A stretch of DNA of 32,000 nucleotides from Propionibacterium freudenreichii subsp. freudenreichii (GTDB lineage: Bacteria > Actinomycetota > Actinomycetes > Propionibacteriales > Propionibacteriaceae). The notes below the pieces were generated by a model. The model saw only the letters and a list, made by a program, of their open reading frames with translations, was not told where the DNA came from and did no database searches. The position numbers and the translations under genes were made by a program. The stretch spans positions 2,460,001-2,492,000 of the forward strand of contig NZ_CP010341.1 of assembly GCF_000940845.1 (NCBI RefSeq), given 5' to 3'. Position 1 is the stretch's first letter; each line of letters begins with the position of its first letter. Below are positions 16,456 to 24,694 of the stretch, in pieces.

Positions 16456-16511
16456 CCTCAGGCGCCGGCCCGATCCAGACGCGCCTCAGGCGCCAGCCCG
16501 ATCCAGACGCG
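16456..16511. repeat. 28-bp tandem duplication spanning the stop codon of the DHA2-like MFS gene
   Basis: CCTCAGGCGCCGGCCCGATCCAGACGCG (16456-16483) and CCTCAGGCGCCAGCCCGATCCAGACGCG (16484-16511), followed by a partial third copy. Confidence 0.85.
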
Positions 16512-17838
16512 CCTGGCGCGCAAACACCACCACCATCACGACCGTCGCCGCGGCCGTGATCGCCATCGCAAGGCGGAAGCCATCGGTGAAGTCTGGCACC
16601 ACAGCCACCGCCCACACCAGCACGGTGTTCGACAGGGCGCCGGCCACCTGGCGCAGGCTGTTCAACAGCGCACTGGCGTGGCTGATGTCCTCACCGGTGA
16701 GTCCCTTCAGCGCCCGCGCGGTCGGCAGCGCACTCATCACCGAGGTGCCCACCACCCGCAACAGGTACGCGCCGGCGATCGCCCACGGCGCCGAGGCGGG
16801 TGACACCGCCAGCAGGGCCACGGCCGACACCACGGTGATCCCCGAGCCCCACGCCCAGATGGTGCGCAGGCCCCGGGCATCGAACACCCGCCCCGTCAGC
16901 GGCGAGGCGATCACATTCGACACCGCCCCGGGAAGCATCACCAACGCCGTGGCGAACCCCGAGCGTCCGGCATGCGACTCGAGCAACACCGGGATGATCG
17001 TCTCGGTGCCCAGGAAGACACCGAAGGCAAGCATCACGCCCACGGTCATGCGACGGAAGGTGGCCCCCTTCAGCAGCCGCAGGTTCAGCAGCGGTTGGGC
17101 GCTGGACCACTGGCGTCGCGCGAACCACGCCACGAACAGCAGGCCGGCCACCATCATCGACACGCCCACCAGCGGCGCCTCCTGCACCGTGGAGATGCCC
17201 GCCAGGAACAGTCCCATGCCCACGAACGACAACACGAACGACGGCCAATCGATGGCGATCTTCCGGGCCGCCTTGATGTTGGGCAGCGTGAACACCGCCG
17301 CGGCGAACACCACCGCCATCATCAGCACGCCGGCGCCGAACAGGGCATGCCAGCTGAGGTATTCGAGCATCACGCCCGACATCACCGGGCCGATGGCCGG
17401 ACCGGCCGACACCACCATCATGTACAGCCCCAGCACGGTGCCCATCCGCCGCGGCGAGGTGATGCGCAGCAGCGCGATCTGGGCGAACGACATGATGATG
17501 CCGCTGGCCACCGCCTGCAGCAGACGCGCCGCCAGCACCGGCCAGAAGTTGTCGGCCACGAAGCCCAGCACCGAGGCGGCAATGAACAACCCGGTGGACC
17601 ACAGGAACAATGCCCGGGTGCTGAACCGCTCGTACAGCATCGCCGACACGGGAGTGACCACCCCCACCACGAGCACATTGCCGGTGGTGAGCCACTGCGC
17701 CAAGCTCAGCGAGATGCCGAAGTCGTGCATCATCATCGGCATCGCGGTGACCATCAGCGTCTGGTTGAGCAGGCCGGTGAATGCCGCCGCCAACAACACC
17801 GCCGCAACCACCAGTCGCGTGGTCCGATTCAGCTCCAT
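16486..17838 (-). CDS. MFS transporter, DHA2/EmrB-like drug:H+ antiporter family
   Basis: Multi-TM protein starting MELNRTTRLVVAAVLLAAAF at 17838 with GAGGAG upstream. EmrB/QacA-type pattern (AMPMMMHDFG, LLQAVASG, IDWPSF). Confidence 0.85.
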   Translation of the reverse strand: MELNRTTRLVVAAVLLAAAFTGLLNQTLMVTAMPMMMHDFGISLSLAQWLTTGNVLVVGVVTPVSAMLYERFSTRALFLWSTGLFIAASVLGFVADNFWPVLAARLLQAVASGIIMSFAQIALLRITSPRRMGTVLGLYMMVVSAGPAIGPVMSGVMLEYLSWHALFGAGVLMMAVVFAAAVFTLPNIKAARKIAIDWPSFVLSFVGMGLFLAGISTVQEAPLVGVSMMVAGLLFVAWFARRQWSSAQPLLNLRLLKGATFRRMTVGVMLAFGVFLGTETIIPVLLESHAGRSGFATALVMLPGAVSNVIASPLTGRVFDARGLRTIWAWGSGITVVSAVALLAVSPASAPWAIAGAYLLRVVGTSVMSALPTARALKGLTGEDISHASALLNSLRQVAGALSNTVLVWAVAVVPDFTDGFRLAMAITAAATVVMVVVFARQARLDRAGA

Positions 17839-18025
17839 GCCACTCCTCATCACACCGCGACCTGCGAAATGGCACGTCACACGTCTCATACGCCACAAGG
17901 CCCTACGTCACCGGGCCACATCACACGACTCATGGGCCCGACGGCCCATGGTTCCCGCTGTTCACGGATCCCGCGGGCAGCGGTCCCGATCAATCCCGGG
18001 GACCCGAGAAAACGCAACCCGCGAG

Positions 18026-18093
18026 ATCCAAGAACACGGGCAATCCAAGAACCCAAGCAATCCAAGAACCCGAGCATTCCAAGAACACGGGCG
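18026..18093. repeat. 17-bp tandem repeat x4 (ATCCAAGAACACGGGCA)
   Basis: Units at 18026-18042, 18043-18059, 18060-18076 and 18077-18093, in the TauE/MFS intergenic region. Confidence 0.9.
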
Positions 18094-18200
18094 ACCCAAC
18101 GCCACAGTGTGCGCCCGATCACATGCCCCGCCGGATCATTTCGCACACTGGCCACCTGGCGCATCCCGCGGGCAGGCGAGCGGACAGGCCAGCGGGCAGC

Positions 18201-19166
18201 TCAGCTGATCACCAGCGCGATCGCGGCCACGAAGGTGAGCGCCACCACGACCGTGCGGAAGAACGACGGGTTGATGCGGTGGGCGAGCCAGCGTCCGAAC
18301 AGCACGGTGGCAAGGATCACCGGCACCATCGCCGCCACCAGCGGCAGGCTCGAGGTCTGCAGCATGCCCAGGCTCAGCGAGATCGGCAGCTTGATCAGGT
18401 TGACCACCAGGAAGAACCAGGCGGTCGTCCCCAGGAAGGCCGTGACGCTCAGGCCCTCCGCCAGGAAGTACATGGTGGTCACCGGCCCGCCGGCATTGGC
18501 CACCATGGTGGTGAACCCGGTCAGTCCGCCGAATCCGAAGCCGCGCCACGAGAATCGCGCCCGGGTGCGCGCCCACCAGCCCTCCGAGGACGTTCCGCCG
18601 GAACGCGCCGACACGAAACCTGCCGGTTGGGACTCGCCACCCCCTGCAGCTCCGCCATCCCCGGCAAGCTCGCCATCCCCACCCGCAGATGCCGCAGCCC
18701 CCCGATCCCCGGGCGACGACACCGCCGGCGGCTCCGCGGGCACCGAGCCCGCCGTGGCAGCGCCCGACACCCCATAGCCCGCCAAACCACCACCCAGCGC
18801 CGCGCGCCGACGCTTGCGTGCCATGGCAAGCAGGTTCCAGATGATGAAGACCAGCAGGATCACCCCGATCGTGCATCCGGTGGCCGTGTCGTCGGCAAGC
18901 GCCAGGAAGACGGCCCCCACGCCGATGCCGACCACCACATTGGGCAGCAACCGACGCAGCACGCCCCAGTCGACGTCCTTGCGATAGGCCCAGATGGCAC
19001 ACCAGTCGGCCACGATGATCAACGCCAGCGACAGCCCCGACGCCTGCCGCGCCGGGATCACATTGGCGAGGATGCCGATCGCCAACGTGCCGGCGCCCGG
19101 CAGCAACGACTTGTCGATGCCGACGATCACCGCCACGGCGATCACCGCCGCAAGTTCCATGTCCAT
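18201..19166 (-). CDS. TauE/SafE (TSUP) family anion/sulfite exporter-type permease
   Basis: Start MDMELAAVIAVAVIVG at 19166 with GGAGGAG upstream. Two TSUP half-domains are separated by a ~90-aa G/A/S-rich loop. The track ORF start at 19457 lacks an RBS. Confidence 0.8.
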   Translation of the reverse strand: MDMELAAVIAVAVIVGIDKSLLPGAGTLAIGILANVIPARQASGLSLALIIVADWCAIWAYRKDVDWGVLRRLLPNVVVGIGVGAVFLALADDTATGCTIGVILLVFIIWNLLAMARKRRRAALGGGLAGYGVSGAATAGSVPAEPPAVSSPGDRGAAASAGGDGELAGDGGAAGGGESQPAGFVSARSGGTSSEGWWARTRARFSWRGFGFGGLTGFTTMVANAGGPVTTMYFLAEGLSVTAFLGTTAWFFLVVNLIKLPISLSLGMLQTSSLPLVAAMVPVILATVLFGRWLAHRINPSFFRTVVVALTFVAAIALVIS

Positions 19167-19194
19167 GCCCGTCTCCTCCAGCCGTCCTCGCCCG

Positions 19195-19256
19195 CTGCGT
19201 GCGTACAACCTGCGTGCCCACAACCTGTCGGCGCACAAACCTGCGTGCGCACGCCC
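19195..19256. repeat. 15-16-bp tandem repeat x4 (CTGCGTGCNCACAAC) just upstream of the TauE start
   Basis: Units start at 19195, 19210, 19225 and 19241, with degenerate continuation to ~19275. Confidence 0.75.
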
Positions 19257-19534
19257 GCGCCCGCACACCTGCGCCAGCCACGATCCAGCACGATTCTTGC
19301 AGTGATCCCGCCAAATGTCTTTACAAATGGCGTCTATCTCGTTTAGTCTTTTGGCACGCTCCAACACAGGGGCGGAGAGCACGGCGACCCAGCGGCCGCA
19401 CACGCCCAGCAACACCGACAGCACCAGCACCACGGGCAACACCAGCAGCACCGGCAACCGCCAAGACCAACAATCGGCAGCACCGAATTGATCCCCTCAC
19501 CGGCGATGGGGATTCTCAACGAGGAGAACGCATC

Positions 19535-20488
19535 ATGACCCAGACAACGACCCCGGCCACCCAGAAGGCCCGCAACACCAACGACCCCAAGTACTCCAAG
19601 CTGGCCATCGGCGTGTGTCCCGACCAGTGGGGCGTGTGGTTCCCCGACGACCCCAAGCAGATGGCCCCGCGCCAGGCGATGCAGGAGATGGCCGAGGCAG
19701 GCTTCGTGATCCTCGAGACCGGCCCCTACGGCTATTTCCCCACCGACCCGAAGGAGCTGAAGTCGTGGACTGACGAGTTCGGGCTCAAGGTGGTGGCCGG
19801 CACCGGCTGGGGCATCCTGCACAAGGCCGAGGCCTGGGCCGAGACCGAACGCCACTTCCGCCAGATCGCCGAGACCCACGCCGCCGTCGGCGCCGAGTAC
19901 ATCGTGCACCTGCCGCCGCTCTACCGCGACGACAAGACCTGGGAGTTCACCGACGACCGCGTGCTCAGCCCCGAGGCATGGCACCTGTACGTCGACAACG
20001 CCAACAAGCTCGGCCAGATCATGCTCGACGACTACGGCCTCAAGATGGTGCTGCACCCCCACGGCGACTCGCACATCGAGACCCCCGACGAGATCGCCCG
20101 CATCTTCGACGCCACCGACCCGCGCTATGTGAACCTGTGCCTCGACTCGGGACACGTCGTCTACGGCGGCGGCGACCCGGTGGAGCTGGTGCACAAGTAC
20201 CCCGAGCGCATCACCTATGTGCACATCAAGGCCTTCGATCCGAAGATCACCAAGGAGGCCCACGACAAGGACTGGCCCTTCGGCGAGGCCGTCACCAAGG
20301 GCGCCTCGGTGCGTCCGCCGGCCGGACTGCCCGAGATGCACGCCTTCATCGACGCGCTGGCCGAGCTCGACAAGGACATCTACTGCATCTGCGAGCAGGA
20401 CTGCTACCCCTGCCCGCCCGATTTCCCCAAGCCCAACGCCATCAAGATGCGCGACTACCTGGCCGAGTGCGGCCTGGGCCTGAAGTGA
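19535..20488 (+). CDS. Xylose-isomerase-like TIM-barrel protein, IolE (inosose dehydratase)-like
   Basis: ATG at 19535 with GAGGAG upstream. IolE-like blocks AIGVCPDQWGVWFPDDP, VLHPHGDSHIETPDEI, CLDSGHVVYGG and ITYVHIKAFD. Confidence 0.7.
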   Translation: MTQTTTPATQKARNTNDPKYSKLAIGVCPDQWGVWFPDDPKQMAPRQAMQEMAEAGFVILETGPYGYFPTDPKELKSWTDEFGLKVVAGTGWGILHKAEAWAETERHFRQIAETHAAVGAEYIVHLPPLYRDDKTWEFTDDRVLSPEAWHLYVDNANKLGQIMLDDYGLKMVLHPHGDSHIETPDEIARIFDATDPRYVNLCLDSGHVVYGGGDPVELVHKYPERITYVHIKAFDPKITKEAHDKDWPFGEAVTKGASVRPPAGLPEMHAFIDALAELDKDIYCICEQDCYPCPPDFPKPNAIKMRDYLAECGLGLK

Positions 20489-20541
20489 ACCGGCCCTGAC
20501 CCGAGCCAGCCATCCCAAGCACAAGACCTGAGGACACCACA

Positions 20542-21552
20542 ATGACTGTACGAATTGGACTCATTGGCGCCGGCGGCATGGGCCGCGCCCATGTCGAGCG
20601 CATCCAGAACGAGCTGGCAGGCGGCGAGGTGGTCGCCGTGGCCGACGTCAACCCCGACGCCGCCGGCTATGCCGAGAGCATCGGCGCCCGCTACTTCCCC
20701 ACCGGGCCGGAACTGATCGCCGACCCGGGCGTGGACGCCGTGATCATCGCCACCCTCGGCAAGGTGCACGCCCCCGACGTCATCGCGGCCATCAGGGCCG
20801 GCAAGCCGGTGCTGTGTGAGAAGCCGCTGGCCACCACCGCCCAGGACTGCTTGGACATCCTGGCCGCCGAGCAGGAGGCCGGACGCAAGCTGGTGACCGT
20901 CGGCTTCATGCGTCGCTTCGACAAGGGCTACAACGAGATGCGCGCCCAGCTCACCGAGGGCCAGCACGGCTACGCCACCATGGTGCACTGCCGCCACCGC
21001 AATCCCTCGGTGCCGGGAACCCTGTACACCACCCGCAACATGATCGATGACACCGCGATCCACGAGATCGACATCTGCCGCTTCCTACTCGACGAGGAGA
21101 TCACCACGGTGCGCGTCGACACGCCGCGGCGCAGCTCGAACGCACCGCAGGGCCTGCAGGATCCGCTGGTGCTGGTGGCCAACACCGCGTCGGGCGTGCG
21201 CATCGACGACGAGATCAATGTGAACATCAAGTTCGGCTATGCCATCGAGTGCGAGCTGGTGATGGAGTCGGGCACCGTGCGGCTGGCCGACCAGGACCAC
21301 ACCATCCTGCGCGACATCGAGGGCGACCGCCATGCGATCTGCCGCAGCCACATCGACCGCTTCCATGACGCGTTCAACGCCGAGGTGCAGCAGTGGATCC
21401 GCGCCGTGGAGCGTGGCGAGCACGCCGGCTCAACCTCCTGGGACGGCTATGCGGCCACCTGCGTGGTGGACGCCGCCATCGAATCGTTGGAGCACCAGGG
21501 CCGCGAAGTGGCCGTGCAGATGATCGATCAGCCCGCCTTCTACGCCGGCTGA
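20542..21552 (+). CDS. iolG: Inositol 2-dehydrogenase (IolG family, Gfo/Idh/MocA)
   Basis: Resembles my recollection of the Bacillus IolG sequence along the full length: IGLIGAGGMG, LCEKPLATTAQDC, VGFMRRFDKGY, HCRHRNP, HEIDICRFL, LQDP, KFGYAIECELV, WDGYAA and QPAFY. Confidence 0.85.
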   Translation: MTVRIGLIGAGGMGRAHVERIQNELAGGEVVAVADVNPDAAGYAESIGARYFPTGPELIADPGVDAVIIATLGKVHAPDVIAAIRAGKPVLCEKPLATTAQDCLDILAAEQEAGRKLVTVGFMRRFDKGYNEMRAQLTEGQHGYATMVHCRHRNPSVPGTLYTTRNMIDDTAIHEIDICRFLLDEEITTVRVDTPRRSSNAPQGLQDPLVLVANTASGVRIDDEINVNIKFGYAIECELVMESGTVRLADQDHTILRDIEGDRHAICRSHIDRFHDAFNAEVQQWIRAVERGEHAGSTSWDGYAATCVVDAAIESLEHQGREVAVQMIDQPAFYAG

Positions 21553-21608
21553 TCCCACCGCCGACCGCCCACTGCGCATCCGCAGGAACCAACCCGATCC
21601 CCCGACGG

Positions 21609-21647
21609 ATGGGGCGGGCCAGCCCCATGATGGCCGGCCCGCCCCAT
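21609..21647 (+). terminator. Hairpin with a perfect 12-bp GC stem after iolG
   Basis: ATGGGGCGGGCC (21609-21620) pairs with GGCCCGCCCCAT (21636-21647). Confidence 0.5.
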
Positions 21648-21740
21648 TCACCATTTCCTTCCAATCCATTCCATTCCCCCACCCCATTCCCCATCGACGC
21701 ATTTCCCACCGGCGCATTCCCCGACCCGTCCCATTCATCG
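21648..21740. repeat. CCATT-rich low-complexity/short-period repeat tract upstream of the TIM-barrel gene
   Basis: Reiterated (C)CCATTCC motifs, roughly every 10 nt, ending ~30 nt before the ATG at 21771. Confidence 0.6.
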
Positions 21741-21770
21741 TCAGGACAACCACGCAAGGAGACGTCCACC

Positions 21771-22637
21771 ATGGTTGATATCGCACTTGATCCGAATATG
21801 TACTACGCCTCGATGTCGACGGCGCAGACCCTGTTCAAGGCCGCCGAACTCGGCTTCGATTACGTGGAGCTTTCACCGAACACCGAATTCCATTTCTGGC
21901 ACCGCTGTCCCAAGGCCGACGATGATTTCGTAGCGGGGCTCAACAAGGCCCAGAAGGACAGCGGTGTCACCGTGCGCACGCTCAATCCGGTGTTCAACTG
22001 GTCGTCCCCCGACGAGCAGGAGCGCGCCGCCCAGGTGCGCAACTGGCGTCGCCTGCTGGAGCTGGCCGACCAGATCAACGTGCGCGAGATCGTCTCGGAA
22101 TTCTCCGGGAACCCGAATACCCCGGTGCGCTGCGAGGAGCAGTGGTACAAGTCGATCTTCGAGCTGGCCCCTGATTTCGAGAAATACGGGATCACGCTGA
22201 GCATGGAGGCGCATCCCTATGATTTCGTCGAACGCCATGACGACGCCTATTCGATCGTGCGCGGCACGAACCTTGACTGGATCGGCTACGAATTCTGCTG
22301 CCCGCACACCTTCCACCTCGACGACGGCGTGGGCGATGTGGAGCGCATGATCACCAGCTGCGCGCCCAAGCTGCGCGAGGTGCACGTGGCCGACACGCTG
22401 AACCATCGCGCCAACGACGGCAACCGCTACATCGTCAACCCGCCCGGCGTCGACGCCCGGGTGCACCAGCACAGTGAGATCGGCAAGGGCGAGGTGCCCT
22501 TCGACAAGGTCTTCGAGACGCTGCGCGCCGTGGGCTTCGACGGGGTGCTGTCACTGTGCGTCTTCGGCTTCCACGAGCATGCCGACGAGATCAACCGCCG
22601 CATGCTCGAGCGCGTCCGGTCAGAGTTCGGGGCCTGA
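21771..22637 (+). CDS. Sugar phosphate isomerase/epimerase (xylose-isomerase-like TIM barrel)
   Basis: ATG at 21771 with AGGAG upstream. The track ORF starting at 21393 is read-through. TIM-barrel AP-endonuclease-2 pattern (GFDYVELSP, LSMEAHPYDF, VHVADT). Confidence 0.75.
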   Translation: MVDIALDPNMYYASMSTAQTLFKAAELGFDYVELSPNTEFHFWHRCPKADDDFVAGLNKAQKDSGVTVRTLNPVFNWSSPDEQERAAQVRNWRRLLELADQINVREIVSEFSGNPNTPVRCEEQWYKSIFELAPDFEKYGITLSMEAHPYDFVERHDDAYSIVRGTNLDWIGYEFCCPHTFHLDDGVGDVERMITSCAPKLREVHVADTLNHRANDGNRYIVNPPGVDARVHQHSEIGKGEVPFDKVFETLRAVGFDGVLSLCVFGFHEHADEINRRMLERVRSEFGA

Positions 22638-22772
22638 TATCGCGTCCCGGCCTGCGCACCCTGCCCTAGCCTGACATCGGACCCGGCCACGCAGGCGCCG
22701 GGACGATTCACCACCTCCCTTGATCCGAACCCCCGTGGTCAAGGACGAAGCGACAGCGGCAAGGAGACCTCC

Positions 22773-23807
22773 ATGGCGGGCGGATCACGACCGACCCAGG
22801 CCGACGTGGCACGCCTGGCCGGGGTGTCACGTCAGACCGTGTCGTTGGTGGTGCTCGACGATCCCCGGGTCTCGCCGCGTTCGCGAGCGGCGGTGACCAG
22901 CGCGATGGCCCAGCTCAACTACCGTCCCAATGTGGCGGCCCGGGCCCTGGTCTCGCATCACACGGGGTTCCTGGGGATCGTCTTCAGCGACCTGGCCAAC
23001 CCCTTCCACGCCGAGTTGGCCGAGGCCCTGCGCGCCGCGGCCGACCGGCTCGGCTTCGTGCCGTTCATCTCGCCGGTGGGCCAGAGCGCCGACGAGGAGA
23101 AGGTGGCCATCAACCGCTTCACCGAGATGGCGGTCGACGGGCTCATCCTCGTGTCACCACTGTCCGACAACACGACGCTCGAGGCCCTGGGCGCGCAGGT
23201 GCCCACGGTGATCGTCACCCGCAACTCGGGGCCCGCCAATGTCGACCTGGTGCATGCCGACGACCGCGCCAGCGCCGCCCAGGTCACCCAGCACCTGCTG
23301 GCGGCCGGCTACGACCCGGTGGTCTTCCTCGGCTATGAGCGCCGCATCGAGGGCGACTCGTCGCTGGCCCGCATCGACGGCTACCGCGCCGCGATGCGCC
23401 GGGCCGCGCGCCCCGAACAGGTGCAGATCGTCACCCAGGGAGGCGTGCCGCAGATCGTCGGCGGACTGGCGGCCTCCCTGACGCGCGGCTTCGGCCTGGT
23501 CTGCCACAACGACCTGATCGCGCTCGAGGCCTGGGCGGCACTGGCGGAACTCGGCCTGGAACCCGGACCCGACGTGGGCGTGGCCGGGTTCGATGACACC
23601 GGCATGGCCCGTTTCCCGGGCGTCGGCCTCACCAGCGTGAACAATGGCACCACCGGGTTCGCCGACACCGCGGTGGAGATGATCTCGCAACGCCTTGCCG
23701 GACGCACCGCACGCCGCGAGGTGGTCCTGCCGACGCATCTGATCGTGCGTCGCTCCACGCTGCGCGACCAGCCGGACAGGCCACCGCGTCCGGCGCAGCA
23801 GAGATAA
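22773..23807 (+). CDS. LacI-family transcriptional regulator
   Basis: N-terminal HTH TQADVARLAGVSRQTVSLVV ... LNYRPNVAARAL followed by a periplasmic-binding-fold effector domain. AGGAG upstream. Confidence 0.9.
   Translation: MAGGSRPTQADVARLAGVSRQTVSLVVLDDPRVSPRSRAAVTSAMAQLNYRPNVAARALVSHHTGFLGIVFSDLANPFHAELAEALRAAADRLGFVPFISPVGQSADEEKVAINRFTEMAVDGLILVSPLSDNTTLEALGAQVPTVIVTRNSGPANVDLVHADDRASAAQVTQHLLAAGYDPVVFLGYERRIEGDSSLARIDGYRAAMRRAARPEQVQIVTQGGVPQIVGGLAASLTRGFGLVCHNDLIALEAWAALAELGLEPGPDVGVAGFDDTGMARFPGVGLTSVNNGTTGFADTAVEMISQRLAGRTARREVVLPTHLIVRRSTLRDQPDRPPRPAQQR
23760..23807. repeat. 48-bp direct repeat, copy 1 (forms the last 16 codons of the LacI gene)
   Basis: CTGCGCGACCAGCCGGACAGGCCACCGCGTCCGGCGCAGCAGAGATAA. 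Identical at 43 of 48 positions to 24403-24450. Contains the hairpin GCCGGAC-N10-GTCCGGC. Confidence 0.9.
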
Positions 23808-23826
23808 CCCCCGGGGCAATTAGAAT

Positions 23827-23841
23827 TGATTATCATTTTCA
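23827..23841. promoter_or_regulatory. Fur-family (Zur-like) box candidate TGATTATCATTTTCA
   Basis: 12 of 15 matches to the actinobacterial Zur consensus TGAAAATGATTTTCA as I recall it. It sits in a strikingly AT-rich patch of a high-GC genome. Confidence 0.35.
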
Positions 23842-24060
23842 TGTCGCACCGACTATGAGGCACCCCCCAACCCGCCTGTGACCAGCCATGATGGCGCCGA
23901 CGGGCCGCCCGTCCAGCATCAGCCACGCACCTGTCCCCGGCCAGCCCCATGCTAATGAAATTAATTCGCAGTTGTATTTGCAAGAATTATCCGGAACATC
24001 ATTGATTTCACACGTATTTCGTCGCACAATGATTCCAAGGTCCCCCGCCCACATATCGCT

Positions 24061-24105
24061 CCCCTGGTCGATGCATCCCGTATCGATGCTCCCCTGATCG
24101 ATGCG
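24061..24105. repeat. 15-bp tandem repeat x3 containing TCGATGC, directly upstream of the His-rich ORF RBS
   Basis: Units CCCCTGGTCGATGCA, TCCCGTATCGATGCT and CCCCTGATCGATGCG. Confidence 0.8.
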
Positions 24106-24123
24106 ACCCCGAAAGGAACAATC

Positions 24124-24450
24124 ATGGCTGAACAGGACGCACGCGCAGAGCACACCATCGCCGAACACCAGCACGGCCCGGGCTGCGGCCACGCGACCGT
24201 GCAGCACGGCGACCACGTCGACTACATCCATGGCGATCACCGCCATGCGCTGCACGGCGACCACTACGACGAGCACGGCTCCGATCCGGACACGCCCGCC
24301 GAGCACACCATCGCCGAACACCAGCACGGCCCGGGCTGCGGCCACGAGACCCTCGAGCATGGTGACCACGTCGACTACCTGCACAACGGCCACCGCCACG
24401 CGCTGCGCGACGAGCCGGACAGGCCACCGCGTCCGGCACGGCAGATATGA
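24124..24450 (+). CDS. Small histidine-rich, internally duplicated putative metal-binding protein
   Basis: 108 aa with 21 His and 2 Cys. Two 51-aa modules (DNA period 153 bp, starting at 24148 and 24301) each carry EHTIAEHQHGPGCGH and HGDHVDY-H-(D/G)HRHAL. AAAGGA RBS and GC-rich third codon positions. Confidence 0.65.
   Translation: MAEQDARAEHTIAEHQHGPGCGHATVQHGDHVDYIHGDHRHALHGDHYDEHGSDPDTPAEHTIAEHQHGPGCGHETLEHGDHVDYLHNGHRHALRDEPDRPPRPARQI
24403..24450. repeat. 48-bp direct repeat, copy 2 (forms the last 16 codons of the His-rich ORF)
   Basis: CTGCGCGACGAGCCGGACAGGCCACCGCGTCCGGCACGGCAGATATGA. See 23760-23807. Confidence 0.9.
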
Positions 24451-24475
24451 CCCGGGCAGCTGCATTCGGGCACTC

Positions 24476-24517
24476 AGTGGACAGCTGTGCGGGAATGACG
24501 CCGCACAAGTGCCCACT
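24476..24517. repeat. REP-like palindromic element, copy 4 (loop inverted relative to the other copies)
   Basis: AGTGGACAGCTGTGCGGGAATGACGCCGCACAAGTGCCCACT. Confidence 0.85.
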
Positions 24518-24694
24518 CAAGGGGATTTCCGCCCGGATGCCCACGGGCCCGGACGAGGGACCGGCTGCCACGCCCCCGGCCGGATCAGCTGACAGCGATT
24601 CCACCCTCCCCCTACCGGCGGCGCCACGATGGCAAGCTGGAGGAAAGCAGTCCGCGTCGCGTGAGGTCGCGGAGCATCTCGGCAGGAGAACAGC

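Noticed and set aside
16423-16485. Search for a toxin gene downstream of the Phd-like antitoxin.
   Set aside because: Only 63 nt separate it from the convergent MFS stop, which is too short for any toxin. The space is occupied by the 28-bp duplication.
15260-16559. ORFs of 250-396 aa in several frames across the 800-bp gap (15369..16559 +, 15260..16099 -, 15405..16157 -).
   Set aside because: They mutually overlap in different frames, read through tandem repeats and hairpins, and have no motifs or RBS. The only supportable coding part is the Phd-like segment from 16111.
16373-19346. Three long overlapping plus-strand ORFs (16373..18208, 16972..18777, 17781..19346).
   Set aside because: They are antisense to the MFS and TauE genes, span intergenic repeat arrays, and have extreme Arg/Pro/His composition. 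They are high-GC artefacts.
23839-24516. 225-aa minus-strand ORF opposite the His-rich gene.
   Set aside because: Its repetitive Val/Ala-rich sequence is simply the antisense image of the His-codon repeats. It runs through the AT-rich region and the REP element, and the plus-strand ORF has the RBS and proper codon bias.
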